From assembly GCA_041496385.1 (NCBI GenBank), contig JBGQEL010000010.1, forward strand, positions 1-64,000: a DNA stretch of 64,000 nucleotides, given 5' to 3'. Source of the DNA: Candidatus Methylomirabilia bacterium (GTDB lineage: Bacteria > Methylomirabilota > Methylomirabilia > Rokubacteriales > CSP1-6). The position numbers and the translations under genes were made by a program. Of this stretch, positions 55,602 through 64,000 are shown piece by piece (within the stretch, counting starts at the first letter, position 1; each line of letters begins with the position of its first letter). The notes under the pieces were generated by a model that saw only the letters and a program-made list of their open reading frames with translations, had not been told where the DNA came from and did no database searches.

Positions 55602-56233
55602 GACGCTCCTCCTTGGGTCCGGTGCGCGTCGATCGTCCACTGGACCGCGTCGGCCGCCCGGTGGTCGTTCGGCCGCGCGCGGCGGCGCAGCTCGTCCACG
55701 ATCTTCGCGCGCGCGTCCGGCGTGCGGTTCTGCGCGAGCTTGAATTTCGGACGACGGGCCCGGATGTCGAGCCGGACCGCCGCGATGTGGGCGATCGCGC
55801 CCCGATAGAGCGGGTCGTCCGGGGTCACCGGCCGGAAGCCCCCCTCCGGCTGGTACCGGCCGAGCAGCTTCGTCTGCTGCGCGGCCAGCGCCCCCGCGTC
55901 GTCGGACACCGTGGCCTGGCAGTCGAAGATGACCGTCCGGTGATACGCCGTCGCCATGACCGCGTTCTCCGGATGCACCCAGTACGAGGGGATAACCGCG
56001 AGCACTTCGTCGACCTCGAAGAGGCAGCGCGGCCGCGCCCGGAGGTCTTCGATCTGCTCGTCCTTGCGGACCAGGTGAATCTCGAATGCGTCACCGTCGT
56101 ACACGAAGGGGTAGAGCCCGATGTGGGGCGTCCCCCCGGCGTCGGCGGTGACGAGACGCCCCATCTCCTGGGAGCGGACGAACCGGTCCACCTCGTCCCG
56201 CGGCACGTCCGCGTAGTAGTCGTGGAAGATCAC
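55598..56233 (-). CDS. FMN-binding split-barrel protein (PaiB/pyridoxamine oxidase-like)
   Basis: GRLVT, IPSYW, ATAYHRTV, KFKLAQN; GTG 56233 overlaps pdxT stop. Confidence 0.75.
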   Translation of the reverse strand: MIFHDYYADVPRDEVDRFVRSQEMGRLVTADAGGTPHIGLYPFVYDGDAFEIHLVRKDEQIEDLRARPRCLFEVDEVLAVIPSYWVHPENAVMATAYHRTVIFDCQATVSDDAGALAAQQTKLLGRYQPEGGFRPVTPDDPLYRGAIAHIAAVRLDIRARRPKFKLAQNRTPDARAKIVDELRRRARPNDHRAADAVQWTIDAHRTQGGAS

Positions 56234-56835
56234 GCGCGCGCTCCTTTGGCCGCTCGCCGGACCATGTCGCGAAAGTAGCGGTGCACGGCCTGCTCGCCCG
56301 TCACCTCCGGGTGGAAGGTCGCCACGAGCACCCCGCCCTGCCGGGCCATGACGGGATCGTCGCCCTGACGCGCGAGCACGTCGACGCCCGCGCCGACCCG
56401 CCGGATGCGCGGGGCGCGGATGAACATCATGTCGATGGGTGTCGGCCGCCCGTCGAGCATCGCCGTCCCCCGGCTCTCGAACGACTCCCGCTGGCGCCCG
56501 TAGGCGTTTCGCTCGACGGTGACGTCGATCAGGCCGAGAGAGAACTGCCGGGGGTTCTCGACCTCCCGCGCGAGCACGATGAGACCCGCGCAGGTGCCGA
56601 AGATGGGTCTGCCCTCGGCGTGGAACTTCTCGATCGCGGGGACGAATCCCCACTCGTCCATGAGCTTGAGCAGCGTCGTCGACTCGCCACCCGGAATGAG
56701 CAGGCCGTCCACGTCGGCCAGCTCGGCCGGCTTGCGGACCTCGACCGCCGCGACGCCGCACGTCGCGAGCGCCGCGGCGTGGAGGCCGAAATCGCCCTGA
56801 AGGGCGAGCACGCCGATTTTCACGTTTTCGGTCAT
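56230..56835 (-). CDS. pdxT: PLP synthase glutaminase subunit
   Basis: GVLALQG, PGGESTT, GTCAG, RNAYGRQ, FIRAP, FHPE; ATG 56835. Confidence 0.96.
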   Translation of the reverse strand: MTENVKIGVLALQGDFGLHAAALATCGVAAVEVRKPAELADVDGLLIPGGESTTLLKLMDEWGFVPAIEKFHAEGRPIFGTCAGLIVLAREVENPRQFSLGLIDVTVERNAYGRQRESFESRGTAMLDGRPTPIDMMFIRAPRIRRVGAGVDVLARQGDDPVMARQGGVLVATFHPEVTGEQAVHRYFRDMVRRAAKGARA

Positions 56836-56891
56836 TTCACCGCTCACCTCGGACGGCGGGGCCGCAGCCCCGCGACGTCCTGCGGCTCGCA

Positions 56892-57788
56892 CTACCAGCC
56901 CCGGGTCTGGAGCAGGTCCTTCTCCTCGAGCTTCGAGGTCTCGATCCCGGGCATCGCCTCGCCCAGCTCCTCCGAGACGCGCGCGAGGACGTCGGCATCC
57001 TTGAAGTGGGTCGTCGCCTGGACGATCGCCTTGGCGCGCTTGGCCGGATCGCTCGACTTGAAGATGCCCGAACCGACGAACACCGACTCGGCGCCGAGCT
57101 GCATCATGAGCGCGGCGTCGGCCGGCGTCGCGATGCCACCCGCCGAGAAGTTCGGTACCGGGAGCTTGCCGGTCTTCGCCACCCAGCGCACGAGCTCGTA
57201 GGGCGCGCCGAGGGTCTTCGCCTCGGTCATGAGCTCCTCGGGCGAGAGCAGCGTCAGCCGCCGCATCCCGGACACGAGCGCCCGCATGTGGCGCACGGCC
57301 TCGACGATGTTGCCCGAGCCGGCCTCGCCCTTCGTGCGGATCATCGCCGCGCCCTCGCCCACACGGCGGAGCGCCTCGCCGAGGTCGCGCGCGCCGCACA
57401 CGAACGGCACCCGGAAGGCGAACTTGTCGATGTGAAAATGCTCATCCGCGGGCGTCAGCACCTCCGACTCGTCGATGAAGTCCACGCCGAGGGCCTCGAG
57501 GATCTGCGCCTCGACGAAGTGGCCGATGCGCGCCTTGGCCATCACGGGGATCGTCACCGTCTTCTGGATCTCCCGGATCTTCCTCACCGGCGACATCCGC
57601 GCGACGCCGCCCTCCTTGCGGATGTCCGCGGGCACACGCTCGAGCGCCATCACGGACACCGCGCCCGCGTCCTCGGCGATCTTCGCCTGCTCGGCGTTGG
57701 TGACGTCCATGATGACGCCGCCCTTCAGCATCTCCGCGAGGCCGATGTGCTTCTTGTCCGCGATGCGCAGCCCGTTCACGTCCATCAT
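56892..57788 (-). CDS. pdxS: PLP synthase lyase subunit
   Basis: [42 protein letters not shown]. Confidence 0.97.
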   Translation of the reverse strand: MMDVNGLRIADKKHIGLAEMLKGGVIMDVTNAEQAKIAEDAGAVSVMALERVPADIRKEGGVARMSPVRKIREIQKTVTIPVMAKARIGHFVEAQILEALGVDFIDESEVLTPADEHFHIDKFAFRVPFVCGARDLGEALRRVGEGAAMIRTKGEAGSGNIVEAVRHMRALVSGMRRLTLLSPEELMTEAKTLGAPYELVRWVAKTGKLPVPNFSAGGIATPADAALMMQLGAESVFVGSGIFKSSDPAKRAKAIVQATTHFKDADVLARVSEELGEAMPGIETSKLEEKDLLQTRGW

Positions 57789-57832
57789 GTGGATCTCCTT
57801 TGTCTTGGCCGGTCGGCCAGTCGATTCCTACC

Positions 57833-59362
57833 CTAGACCAGCGGAACCGTCGCGCGTGCCGCCCGCTCGCGCTCCGGGACCCGTCCGCGCGCCGCCCGGA
57901 TCGTCTCCGCCAAACGCTTGACCCCCTCGTCGATCCGCGCCGCCGCCACCGACGAGAACGAGAGCCGCAGGGTCCTCTCGCCGCCCCCGTCCACGAAGAA
58001 CGCGGCGCCCGGCGTGAACGCGACGCCGCGCTCGCCCGCGGCGGGCAGCAGCGCGCCGGCGTCGAGCCCGGGCGGCAGCGTCACGAGGAGCGAGAACCCG
58101 CCCTGCGGCTCGGTCCACGTGACCTCGGCCGGCATCCGTCGACGGAGCGCCGCCAGCAGGAGCGCGCGTCGCCGCGCGTACTCGCGGGCGACCCGCGTCA
58201 CGTGACGGTCCAGGAGCTTGCGCTCGCAGAACCGGTAGACCGCGGCCTGGAGCAGCGCGCTCGTGTGCAGGTCGGCGAGCTGCTTGGCCGCGAGGAGCCG
58301 GTCGAGGACCGGCCGCGGGCCGACGAGCCAGCCGAGCCGCAGCCCGGGAAAGAGGATCTTCGAGAACGTCCCGATGTAGATCACGACCCCGTCCCGGTCG
58401 AGCGCCTTGAGCGGGACCGCCGGCCGCTCGCCGTAGTAGAGGCTGCCGTCGAAGCCGTCTTCGACCACCGGCACCTGATGGCGCGCGGCGACGTCCAGGA
58501 GGCGCCGCGCCGTCTCGAGCGTGAGGGAGAGTCCGGTCGGGTTGTGCGCGCTGGGCTGGCAGTAGAAGAGCTTCGGCGCGTGACGCTCGAGGAGCCGCTC
58601 GAAGGCGTCCACCCGCGGGCCCGACGTGTCCCAGGGCACCGCCAGCAGCTGGGCGCCGAAGGAACGGAAGACCTGCAGCGCGCGGGGGTAGGTCGGATCC
58701 TCGATCGCGACGGCATCTCCCGGGTCGAGCAGCGTGCGGGCGATCAGGTCGAAGCCCTGCTGGGAGCCGTTGACGATGATGATGTCGTCGGGCCGCGCCT
58801 CGAGCCCGAATCTCAGGAGATAGGTCGAGAGATACTGCCGGAGCGGCGGATAACCGCCGGCGGGGTAGTACTGCAGGAGCGCGGCGCCGTCCTCGCGGAT
58901 CACGTCGTTCAGCACGCGGCGGAAGGCGTCGGTCGGGAAGAGCCCGCTGTCGGGCATGCCACCCGCGAACGAGATGACCGCGGGATTGGCTGCCGCCGTG
59001 CTCGCGAGGGCCCGCGTCCGGTCCTCCTCGGCGACCACGATCTGCGCGCTCCGCGAGAACAGGCCCGGCCAGTTGAGCGGCACCTGGGACGGGACCTGAG
59101 CCTCGGGCGCCGCCTGGGTCCCGGGCGACTCGGCGACGAAGGTCCCCTGGCCCACGTGGGCCCGGGCCCAGCCCGCGGCCACGAGCTCCTCGTAGGCCTG
59201 CGCGACGGTGGCGCGGTTGACGCCGAGCTGCTGCGCGAGGTCGCGCGTGGCCGGCAGCTTCATCCCGGGCGTCAGGAGCCGCTCGCGGATGAGGCGCTCC
59301 AGGTACGCCTGGATCTGGCGCGGCAGCGCGACGGGCTTCTCGCGGTCGAGCGGGATGTGCAC
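57833..59362 (-). CDS. pdxR: MocR/GabR-family PLP-dependent regulator (PdxR-like)
   Basis: GntR wHTH (LPATRDLA..LGVNR.TV..AY) plus aminotransferase-like domain (GTFSKILFPGLRLGW); GTG 59362 with AAGGAG RBS; upstream of pdxS. Confidence 0.85.
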   Translation of the reverse strand: MHIPLDREKPVALPRQIQAYLERLIRERLLTPGMKLPATRDLAQQLGVNRATVAQAYEELVAAGWARAHVGQGTFVAESPGTQAAPEAQVPSQVPLNWPGLFSRSAQIVVAEEDRTRALASTAAANPAVISFAGGMPDSGLFPTDAFRRVLNDVIREDGAALLQYYPAGGYPPLRQYLSTYLLRFGLEARPDDIIIVNGSQQGFDLIARTLLDPGDAVAIEDPTYPRALQVFRSFGAQLLAVPWDTSGPRVDAFERLLERHAPKLFYCQPSAHNPTGLSLTLETARRLLDVAARHQVPVVEDGFDGSLYYGERPAVPLKALDRDGVVIYIGTFSKILFPGLRLGWLVGPRPVLDRLLAAKQLADLHTSALLQAAVYRFCERKLLDRHVTRVAREYARRRALLLAALRRRMPAEVTWTEPQGGFSLLVTLPPGLDAGALLPAAGERGVAFTPGAAFFVDGGGERTLRLSFSSVAAARIDEGVKRLAETIRAARGRVPERERAARATVPLV

Positions 59363-59474
59363 CGTGGTCTCCTTACAGGGCCATTCTCCGAGTATTCCTG
59401 GCGACGTCAAGGGCCAATTGGCCTGCTCGGTACCAGGCCACGCTATAATCCTCCGCACCGGGAGGAGGCCCCTC

Positions 59475-59654
59475 ATGTCCCTGGGCGAGGCGCCGATCAG
59501 GCAGGCCGTGAAGTGGATCGAGGACCGGCTGCGCGACGACCCGGCGGCCGATCGCCTCAGGCTCGTCGACGAGGCGTCGCGGCAATTCGACCTGACGCCG
59601 CTCGATGAGGACTTCCTCCTCCGGCACCTGGCCGAGCGCCGCAAGGACGGATGA
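59475..59654 (+). CDS. small hypothetical protein, 59 aa
   Basis: TATAAT at 59444, GGAGGAGG RBS, MSLGEAPIRQAVKWI...FDLTPLDEDFL; ATGA overlap with next gene. Confidence 0.75.
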   Translation: MSLGEAPIRQAVKWIEDRLRDDPAADRLRLVDEASRQFDLTPLDEDFLLRHLAERRKDG

Positions 59655-60427
59655 GCGAGGCGCAGACCCGCCGCGTCCAGGCGCAATTCGGCGCGACCCC
59701 GCAGGCCTACGTCGCGAGCGTCGGTCACGCCGGCGGCGCCGATCTCGAAACGCTGCTGGCCTGGGGACGCGCCCGCCGCCCGGCGCGGGTCCTCGACGTC
59801 GCCACCGGGGGCGGTCACACGGCCCTCGCCTTCGCCGGACTCCCGGCGCGCGTCGTCGCGTTCGACCTGACGGAGGCGATGCTCCGCGCCGCGCGCGACT
59901 TCGTCGGCGGCCGCGGCGCGACGGGCGTGAGCTTCGTCGCGGGCGACGTCGAGGCGCTCCCCCTCCGCGAGGGCGCCTTCGACCTCGTGACCTGCCGGAT
60001 CGCCGCCCACCACTTCGCCGACGTCGCCGCCGCCGTCCGCCAGATCCAGCGCGTGCTGCGCCCCGGTGGCTCCTTCCTCGTGCAGGACATCCTCGGTCAC
60101 GACGATCCCGAGGCGAGCGCCTTCATCACCGAGGTCGAGCGACGCCGCGACCCCTCCCATGTCCGCGCCTACCGCGCGACGGAGTGGAAGGCCTTCCTGA
60201 AGGCCGCCGGCATGACGGTGATGGCCGAGGCGATCGTGAGCAAGGTCCGTCCGTGGGGCGACTGGACGGCCCGGATGGGGATGAGCGTCGAGGCGCGGCG
60301 TGAGCTCGAGGCCTTCGTGCGCGGCGCGCCCGAGCCCTGCCGCCGCGCCTTCGACGTGAGACTCGCGGGCGACGCGGTCGAATCGTTCGCCGACCGCATG
60401 ATCCTGCTCCGCGCCGACCGCGACTAG
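59651..60427 (+). CDS. class I SAM-dependent methyltransferase
   Basis: VLDVATGGGH, FDLVTCRIAAHHF, RVLRPGG, RDPSH. Confidence 0.9.
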   Translation: MSEAQTRRVQAQFGATPQAYVASVGHAGGADLETLLAWGRARRPARVLDVATGGGHTALAFAGLPARVVAFDLTEAMLRAARDFVGGRGATGVSFVAGDVEALPLREGAFDLVTCRIAAHHFADVAAAVRQIQRVLRPGGSFLVQDILGHDDPEASAFITEVERRRDPSHVRAYRATEWKAFLKAAGMTVMAEAIVSKVRPWGDWTARMGMSVEARRELEAFVRGAPEPCRRAFDVRLAGDAVESFADRMILLRADRD

Positions 60428-60780
60428 CCCTTCAGCCTCACGAGCGTCGCGCCCCAGCCTCCCCGCTCCGGCGGGGCGTCGCCGAACGCGGCCACGAGCG
60501 GATGCCTGGCGAGAACGGATCGGACGATCTCACGCTGCACGCCGACGCCGCGGCCGTGGACCAGGCGTACCTCCCGGAAGCCGCGCGCGTGGGCGGCCAC
60601 CAGGTACTCGGCGACCAGCGACGGAACGTCCCGCGGCGCGAACGGGTGGAGGTCGAGGGCGTCCTCGATCGGGACGCGTACGGGGGCGTCGGGTGCCGCG
60701 TCGTCTACAGCCGCGGCCCCTGCAGCACGTGCTGCTGCCAGTGATCGAAGCTCAGGAGATCCTCCCCCGAGAGCTTGCAC
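60424..60780 (-). CDS. stand-alone Smr/MutS2 domain protein
   Basis: LDLH, VRLVHGRG.G, GGWGATLV; start uncertain. Confidence 0.8.
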   Translation of the reverse strand: MQALGGGSPELRSLAAARAAGAAAVDDAAPDAPVRVPIEDALDLHPFAPRDVPSLVAEYLVAAHARGFREVRLVHGRGVGVQREIVRSVLARHPLVAAFGDAPPERGGWGATLVRLKG

Positions 60781-60782
60781 TG

Positions 60783-61193
60783 TCAGAAGGTCGCGGCCCG
60801 CTCGAAGAACGTGACGTCGACGACGCCGACGTTCTCGGCGCGCGCCGTTTCGGCGACCTTCTGCGTGACCATCTGGCGGACGAACGGGATCGGAATCCGG
60901 CCGAGCCGGTGGATGACCTCGTCGGTGCACCGGATGCGCGTCCCGGGAAGCACCGGGCCGGCCGCGACGACCGCGGCCTCCTCCCGTTCCGGGTGCTCGC
61001 ACGTCTCCGGCACGAGCTGCTGCAGGCGCAGCGATACGTACTCGGTCACCCACTGCTGGATGCCGCGCTTCATCTCGTCCGGGCTGCCCCCGCCGCGCTC
61101 CGGCGTATCACCGCCGCCGGTGAGCAGGCTCTCCAGCCGGCCGAGGCGGGTCTCGAGCGCCGCCAGGCGCTGCTCCAATCCCTGATCCGTCAT
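60783..61193 (-). CDS. hypothetical protein with C-terminal PCP_red-like (BchB C-terminal) domain
   Basis: TDEVIHRLGRIPIPFVRQMV...ETAR pattern; GGAGG RBS. Confidence 0.6.
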   Translation of the reverse strand: MTDQGLEQRLAALETRLGRLESLLTGGGDTPERGGGSPDEMKRGIQQWVTEYVSLRLQQLVPETCEHPEREEAAVVAAGPVLPGTRIRCTDEVIHRLGRIPIPFVRQMVTQKVAETARAENVGVVDVTFFERAATF

Positions 61194-61236
61194 CTCATCC
61201 TCCGAGCGGCGCGAGCCTTCGCAGCGCGCCGCGGCG

Positions 61237-62652
61237 TCATGCCACCACTGGGCGCCGCGCGTGCCAGTCCGTGAGGCGCTGGTAGGCGTCGCCGGCGCGC
61301 ATCACCGTCGCCTCGTCGAACGGCCGCCCGACGAGCTGCAGGCCAATCGGCAGACCGCCGGCCGTGAACCCGCAGGGCACGGAGCAGCAGGGATGCCCCG
61401 AAAAGTTGAACGGGCGCGTCAGCCGGATCAGCGCCGCGCGCACGTCGGACGTCCCGTCGCCGAGCTCCACCGTCCGCTCGCCGAGCACGGGCGCCGGGAT
61501 CGGCGTCGCCGGCGCCAGGAGCACGTCGCGCCGCGCGAGCGCCGCGTCCACCTCCTGGCGCACGAGCTGACGCACCTGCTGGGCGCGCACGTAGTGGACA
61601 CCGCTCACGAACGCGCCCATCTTGAGCCGCTCGCGCACGTCCGGCTGGTAGTCCGCGGCGCGCGTCCGCATCCATTCGGCATGGTACGCGAGCGCCTCGG
61701 CGGCGACGATCGCGAACGCCGCCGCCGCCACGTGCGGGATCTGCTCGAGGCGCACCTCGTCGACCACCGCGCCGGCCTGCGCCAGCGTGGTGGCGGCCCG
61801 CTCGACCGCCGCGCGCACCTCGGGCACGGCCGCGTCGGTGAAGTGCGGCCGCAGGAGCCCGACGCGCAGCCCCTTCACGTCGCCCGTGAGCGCCGCGGCG
61901 TAGTCGGGCACGGGCAGGACGCTCGTGGTCGGGTCCGCGGGATCGTAGCCGGCCATCGCGCGGAGCATGAGCGCGCAGTCCTCGACCGTTCGCGCCATCG
62001 GCCCCGCGTGGTCCATGGACCAGGACAGCGGCAACACGCCCGCACGGCTCACGCGCCCGTAGGTCGGTTTCACGCCACTGATCCCGCAGAGCGACGCGGG
62101 AATGCGGATCGAGCCGCCCGTGTCCGAGCCCAGCGCGCCGGGGCAGAGCCCCGCGGCGACCGCCACGCCCGAGCCCGAGGACGAGCCCCCGGCCGCGCGG
62201 TGCGCGCCCATGTCCCAGGGGTTCATCGCGTCGCCGTAGTGCGCGTTGAGGCCCTCGGGGCCGTAGGCGAACTCGTGCATGTTGAGTTTGCCGAGGACGA
62301 TCAGCCCGGCGGCGCCGAGCCGCGCGACGACGGTCGCGTCCTGGGCCGGCACGAAGTCCGCCAGGATCTTCGAGCCGCCCGTGGTCCGCACGCCCTTGGT
62401 GCTGTAGAGGTCCTTCGGCCCGTAGGGCACGCCATGCAGCGGGCCCGCCACGCGCCCCGCGACCAGCTCCGCCTCGGCGGCGCGCGCGGCCGCGAGTGCG
62501 CCGTCCCCGCAGACGGTGATGAACGAGCGGAGTCGGCCGTCGAGCGCGGTGATGCGCTCGAGGTGGGCCTGGACGACCTCGACCGGCGAGACTTCCTTCC
62601 TCGCGATCATCCGGCCCAGCTCGGCCATCGAGCGCCAGACGAGATCGGCCAT
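61237..62652 (-). CDS. amidase signature enzyme (GatA/AtzE-like)
   Basis: Lys in PKD, GGSSSGS, GSDTGGSIRIP (Ser-cisSer-Lys triad). Confidence 0.92.
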   Translation of the reverse strand: MADLVWRSMAELGRMIARKEVSPVEVVQAHLERITALDGRLRSFITVCGDGALAAARAAEAELVAGRVAGPLHGVPYGPKDLYSTKGVRTTGGSKILADFVPAQDATVVARLGAAGLIVLGKLNMHEFAYGPEGLNAHYGDAMNPWDMGAHRAAGGSSSGSGVAVAAGLCPGALGSDTGGSIRIPASLCGISGVKPTYGRVSRAGVLPLSWSMDHAGPMARTVEDCALMLRAMAGYDPADPTTSVLPVPDYAAALTGDVKGLRVGLLRPHFTDAAVPEVRAAVERAATTLAQAGAVVDEVRLEQIPHVAAAAFAIVAAEALAYHAEWMRTRAADYQPDVRERLKMGAFVSGVHYVRAQQVRQLVRQEVDAALARRDVLLAPATPIPAPVLGERTVELGDGTSDVRAALIRLTRPFNFSGHPCCSVPCGFTAGGLPIGLQLVGRPFDEATVMRAGDAYQRLTDWHARRPVVA

Positions 62653-62653
62653 G

Positions 62654-62830
62654 TCAGAACACGCGGTACTGGGTCGCGGGCTCGACGTCCCCGAGGGGAA
62701 GCGTCTCGAGCCGCGCCAGCATGTCGAGCGTCCGTTCCAGCGTCGGGCGGATCGCCTCCAGCTCGGCGTCCGTCCAGGGGAATCCGCCGAGCCGGGCGAT
62801 GCCGCGCAGGGTGTCGAGGTTTATTTCCAT
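62654..62830 (-). CDS. small GatC/AtzG-like amidase partner, 58 aa
   Basis: LRGIARLGG...ELE...L..L....VEPA pattern; 1 nt upstream of the amidase. Confidence 0.65.
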   Translation of the reverse strand: MEINLDTLRGIARLGGFPWTDAELEAIRPTLERTLDMLARLETLPLGDVEPATQYRVF

Positions 62831-62837
62831 GGGCGGG

Positions 62838-62853
62838 AGCATACCACTAGAAT
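62838..62853. promoter_or_regulatory. back-to-back -10 elements of divergent, probably leaderless genes
   Basis: Minus TGgTATGCT 7 nt before ATG 62830; plus TAGAAT 8 nt before ATG 62862. Confidence 0.5.
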
Positions 62854-62861
62854 GAAAGGCG

Positions 62862-64000
62862 ATGGCCGTGGCGCTCACGATTCTGACCGATCCGCGCGAT
62901 CCGGCGGCGCGCCGCGTGCTCGATCCGGATCCCGGAGCATCGATCCTCAAGGCGGCGCACGCCGCCGGCATCGACATCACGGCGACCTGCGGCGGCCGCG
63001 GCCGGTGCACCTCGTGCCGCGTCAAGTTCGTGAGCGGCACCGTGCCGCCGCCGACGATCATGGACGAGGTCCAGCTCGGCGACGACCTCGTGCGCGAGGG
63101 CTTCCGCCTCGCCTGTCAGTGCGTGCCGGGTGAGCCCGTGACGGTCCAGGTCGCGCCCCCGCTCGAGGAGCTCTCGTTCCAGATCCTCGGCGCCGGCCCG
63201 GGCCCGCGTCAGCTCGGCCGTATGACGCTCGACTCCGGCATCCAGAAACAGCTCGTCAAGGTCGCCCTGCCCCGCGAGGAGCACCATCAGACCTCCGACC
63301 TCGAGCAGCTCTGCGCCGCGGTAGGCGCGACGCCGGCCGAGGTCGGCGCCAGCGTCCTGGCGACGCTCCCGGCCGCGCTCCGCGACGACCCCGACGGCGT
63401 CACCGTGACGACGTTCGCCGTCGGGGGCGGCCATCAACAAGTGTTGGCGGTCGAGCGCGGCGACACCGCCGGCATGAAGTTCGGCCTCGCGGTGGACATC
63501 GGCACGACCAGCGTCGTCACGACGCTGCTGGCACTCGACTCGGGCGAGCAGCTCGCCACGGTCTCGAGCCTGAATCCCCAGGCGGTGTTCGGCGGCGACC
63601 TCATGTCGCGCATCGCGTTCGCGCAGTTCAACCCGGCGAATCTCCGGAAGCTGCACACGCGCATCGTCGGGCTGCTCAACCAGCACGTCGAGCAGATCTG
63701 CCGCGAGTCGGGCGTCCTGGCGAAGTGGATCTACAAGGTCGTCGTCGTCGGCAACACGTGCATGCATCACATCCTGCTCGGGATCGACCCCTCGTACGTG
63801 GGCCTGGCACCCTACGCCCCGGTGATGCGCCACCCTCTGGTGCTGCCTGCGCGCGAGCTCTTTCTCAAGGTCGCGCCCGACGCCCGTGTCTGTCTCCTGC
63901 CGATCGTCGCGGGCTTCGTCGGCGCCGACGCGGTCGCGGTCGCGCTCGCCACGCGGATCTACGAGAGCCCCGAGGTCCGCATCGCGGTGGACATCGGCAC
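62862..64000 (+). CDS. RACo/ASKHA-type corrinoid reductive activator with N-terminal [2Fe-2S] domain (partial; runs off window)
   Basis: Manual translation: CGGRGRCTSC...RLACQC, AVDIGTTS, NPQ..GGDLMSRI, GNTCMHH, GFVGAD, VDIG. Confidence 0.88.
   Translation, partial: MAVALTILTDPRDPAARRVLDPDPGASILKAAHAAGIDITATCGGRGRCTSCRVKFVSGTVPPPTIMDEVQLGDDLVREGFRLACQCVPGEPVTVQVAPPLEELSFQILGAGPGPRQLGRMTLDSGIQKQLVKVALPREEHHQTSDLEQLCAAVGATPAEVGASVLATLPAALRDDPDGVTVTTFAVGGGHQQVLAVERGDTAGMKFGLAVDIGTTSVVTTLLALDSGEQLATVSSLNPQAVFGGDLMSRIAFAQFNPANLRKLHTRIVGLLNQHVEQICRESGVLAKWIYKVVVVGNTCMHHILLGIDPSYVGLAPYAPVMRHPLVLPARELFLKVAPDARVCLLPIVAGFVGADAVAVALATRIYESPEVRIAVDIG

Noticed and set aside
61237..62830. gatCA of Glu-tRNA amidotransferase
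   Set aside because: No gatB adjacent, the small subunit is much shorter than typical GatC, and GatA-specific C-terminal motifs were not seen

Overview
A very GC-rich (~70% by eye), gene-dense bacterial core-genome window, almost entirely on the minus strand. Gene style and content are reminiscent of Rokubacteria/Methylomirabilota (inference only). Blocks from left to right: argG(partial)/argF/argD/argB-hslUV-xerC-topA-dprA; cpoB; moeA; alternative complex III (actABCDEF); a heme operon (ccsA-hemA-hemC-hemD-hemB-hemL) with an embedded Rrf2-cysK-sulfur carrier-JAMM module; a Tat-exported selenocysteine formate dehydrogenase (UGA at 31855-31857 plus SECIS) with NrfD-type anchor, fdhE and fdhD; ppdK-ilvBNC-psd-pssA-leuA-leuB-asd-orf-truA preceded by an unannotated Ile/Leu/Val leader-peptide attenuator; an oxalate-oxidoreductase-like (YPIRP) 2-oxoacid:ferredoxin oxidoreductase with TctABC, TerC-like and FadR/GntR genes; pdxR-pdxS-pdxT; an amidase with a small partner; and a partial RACo/ASKHA corrinoid activator. 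Most notable: (1) a five-segment BCAA attenuator placed ahead of ppdK; (2) a shared FadR-type operator at the promoters of the OOR-like and FDH operons, suggesting a carboxylate/formate respiratory regulon; (3) apparent CTG and ATA start codons coupled to upstream stops. No tRNA, rRNA, CRISPR array or mobile element was recognised.
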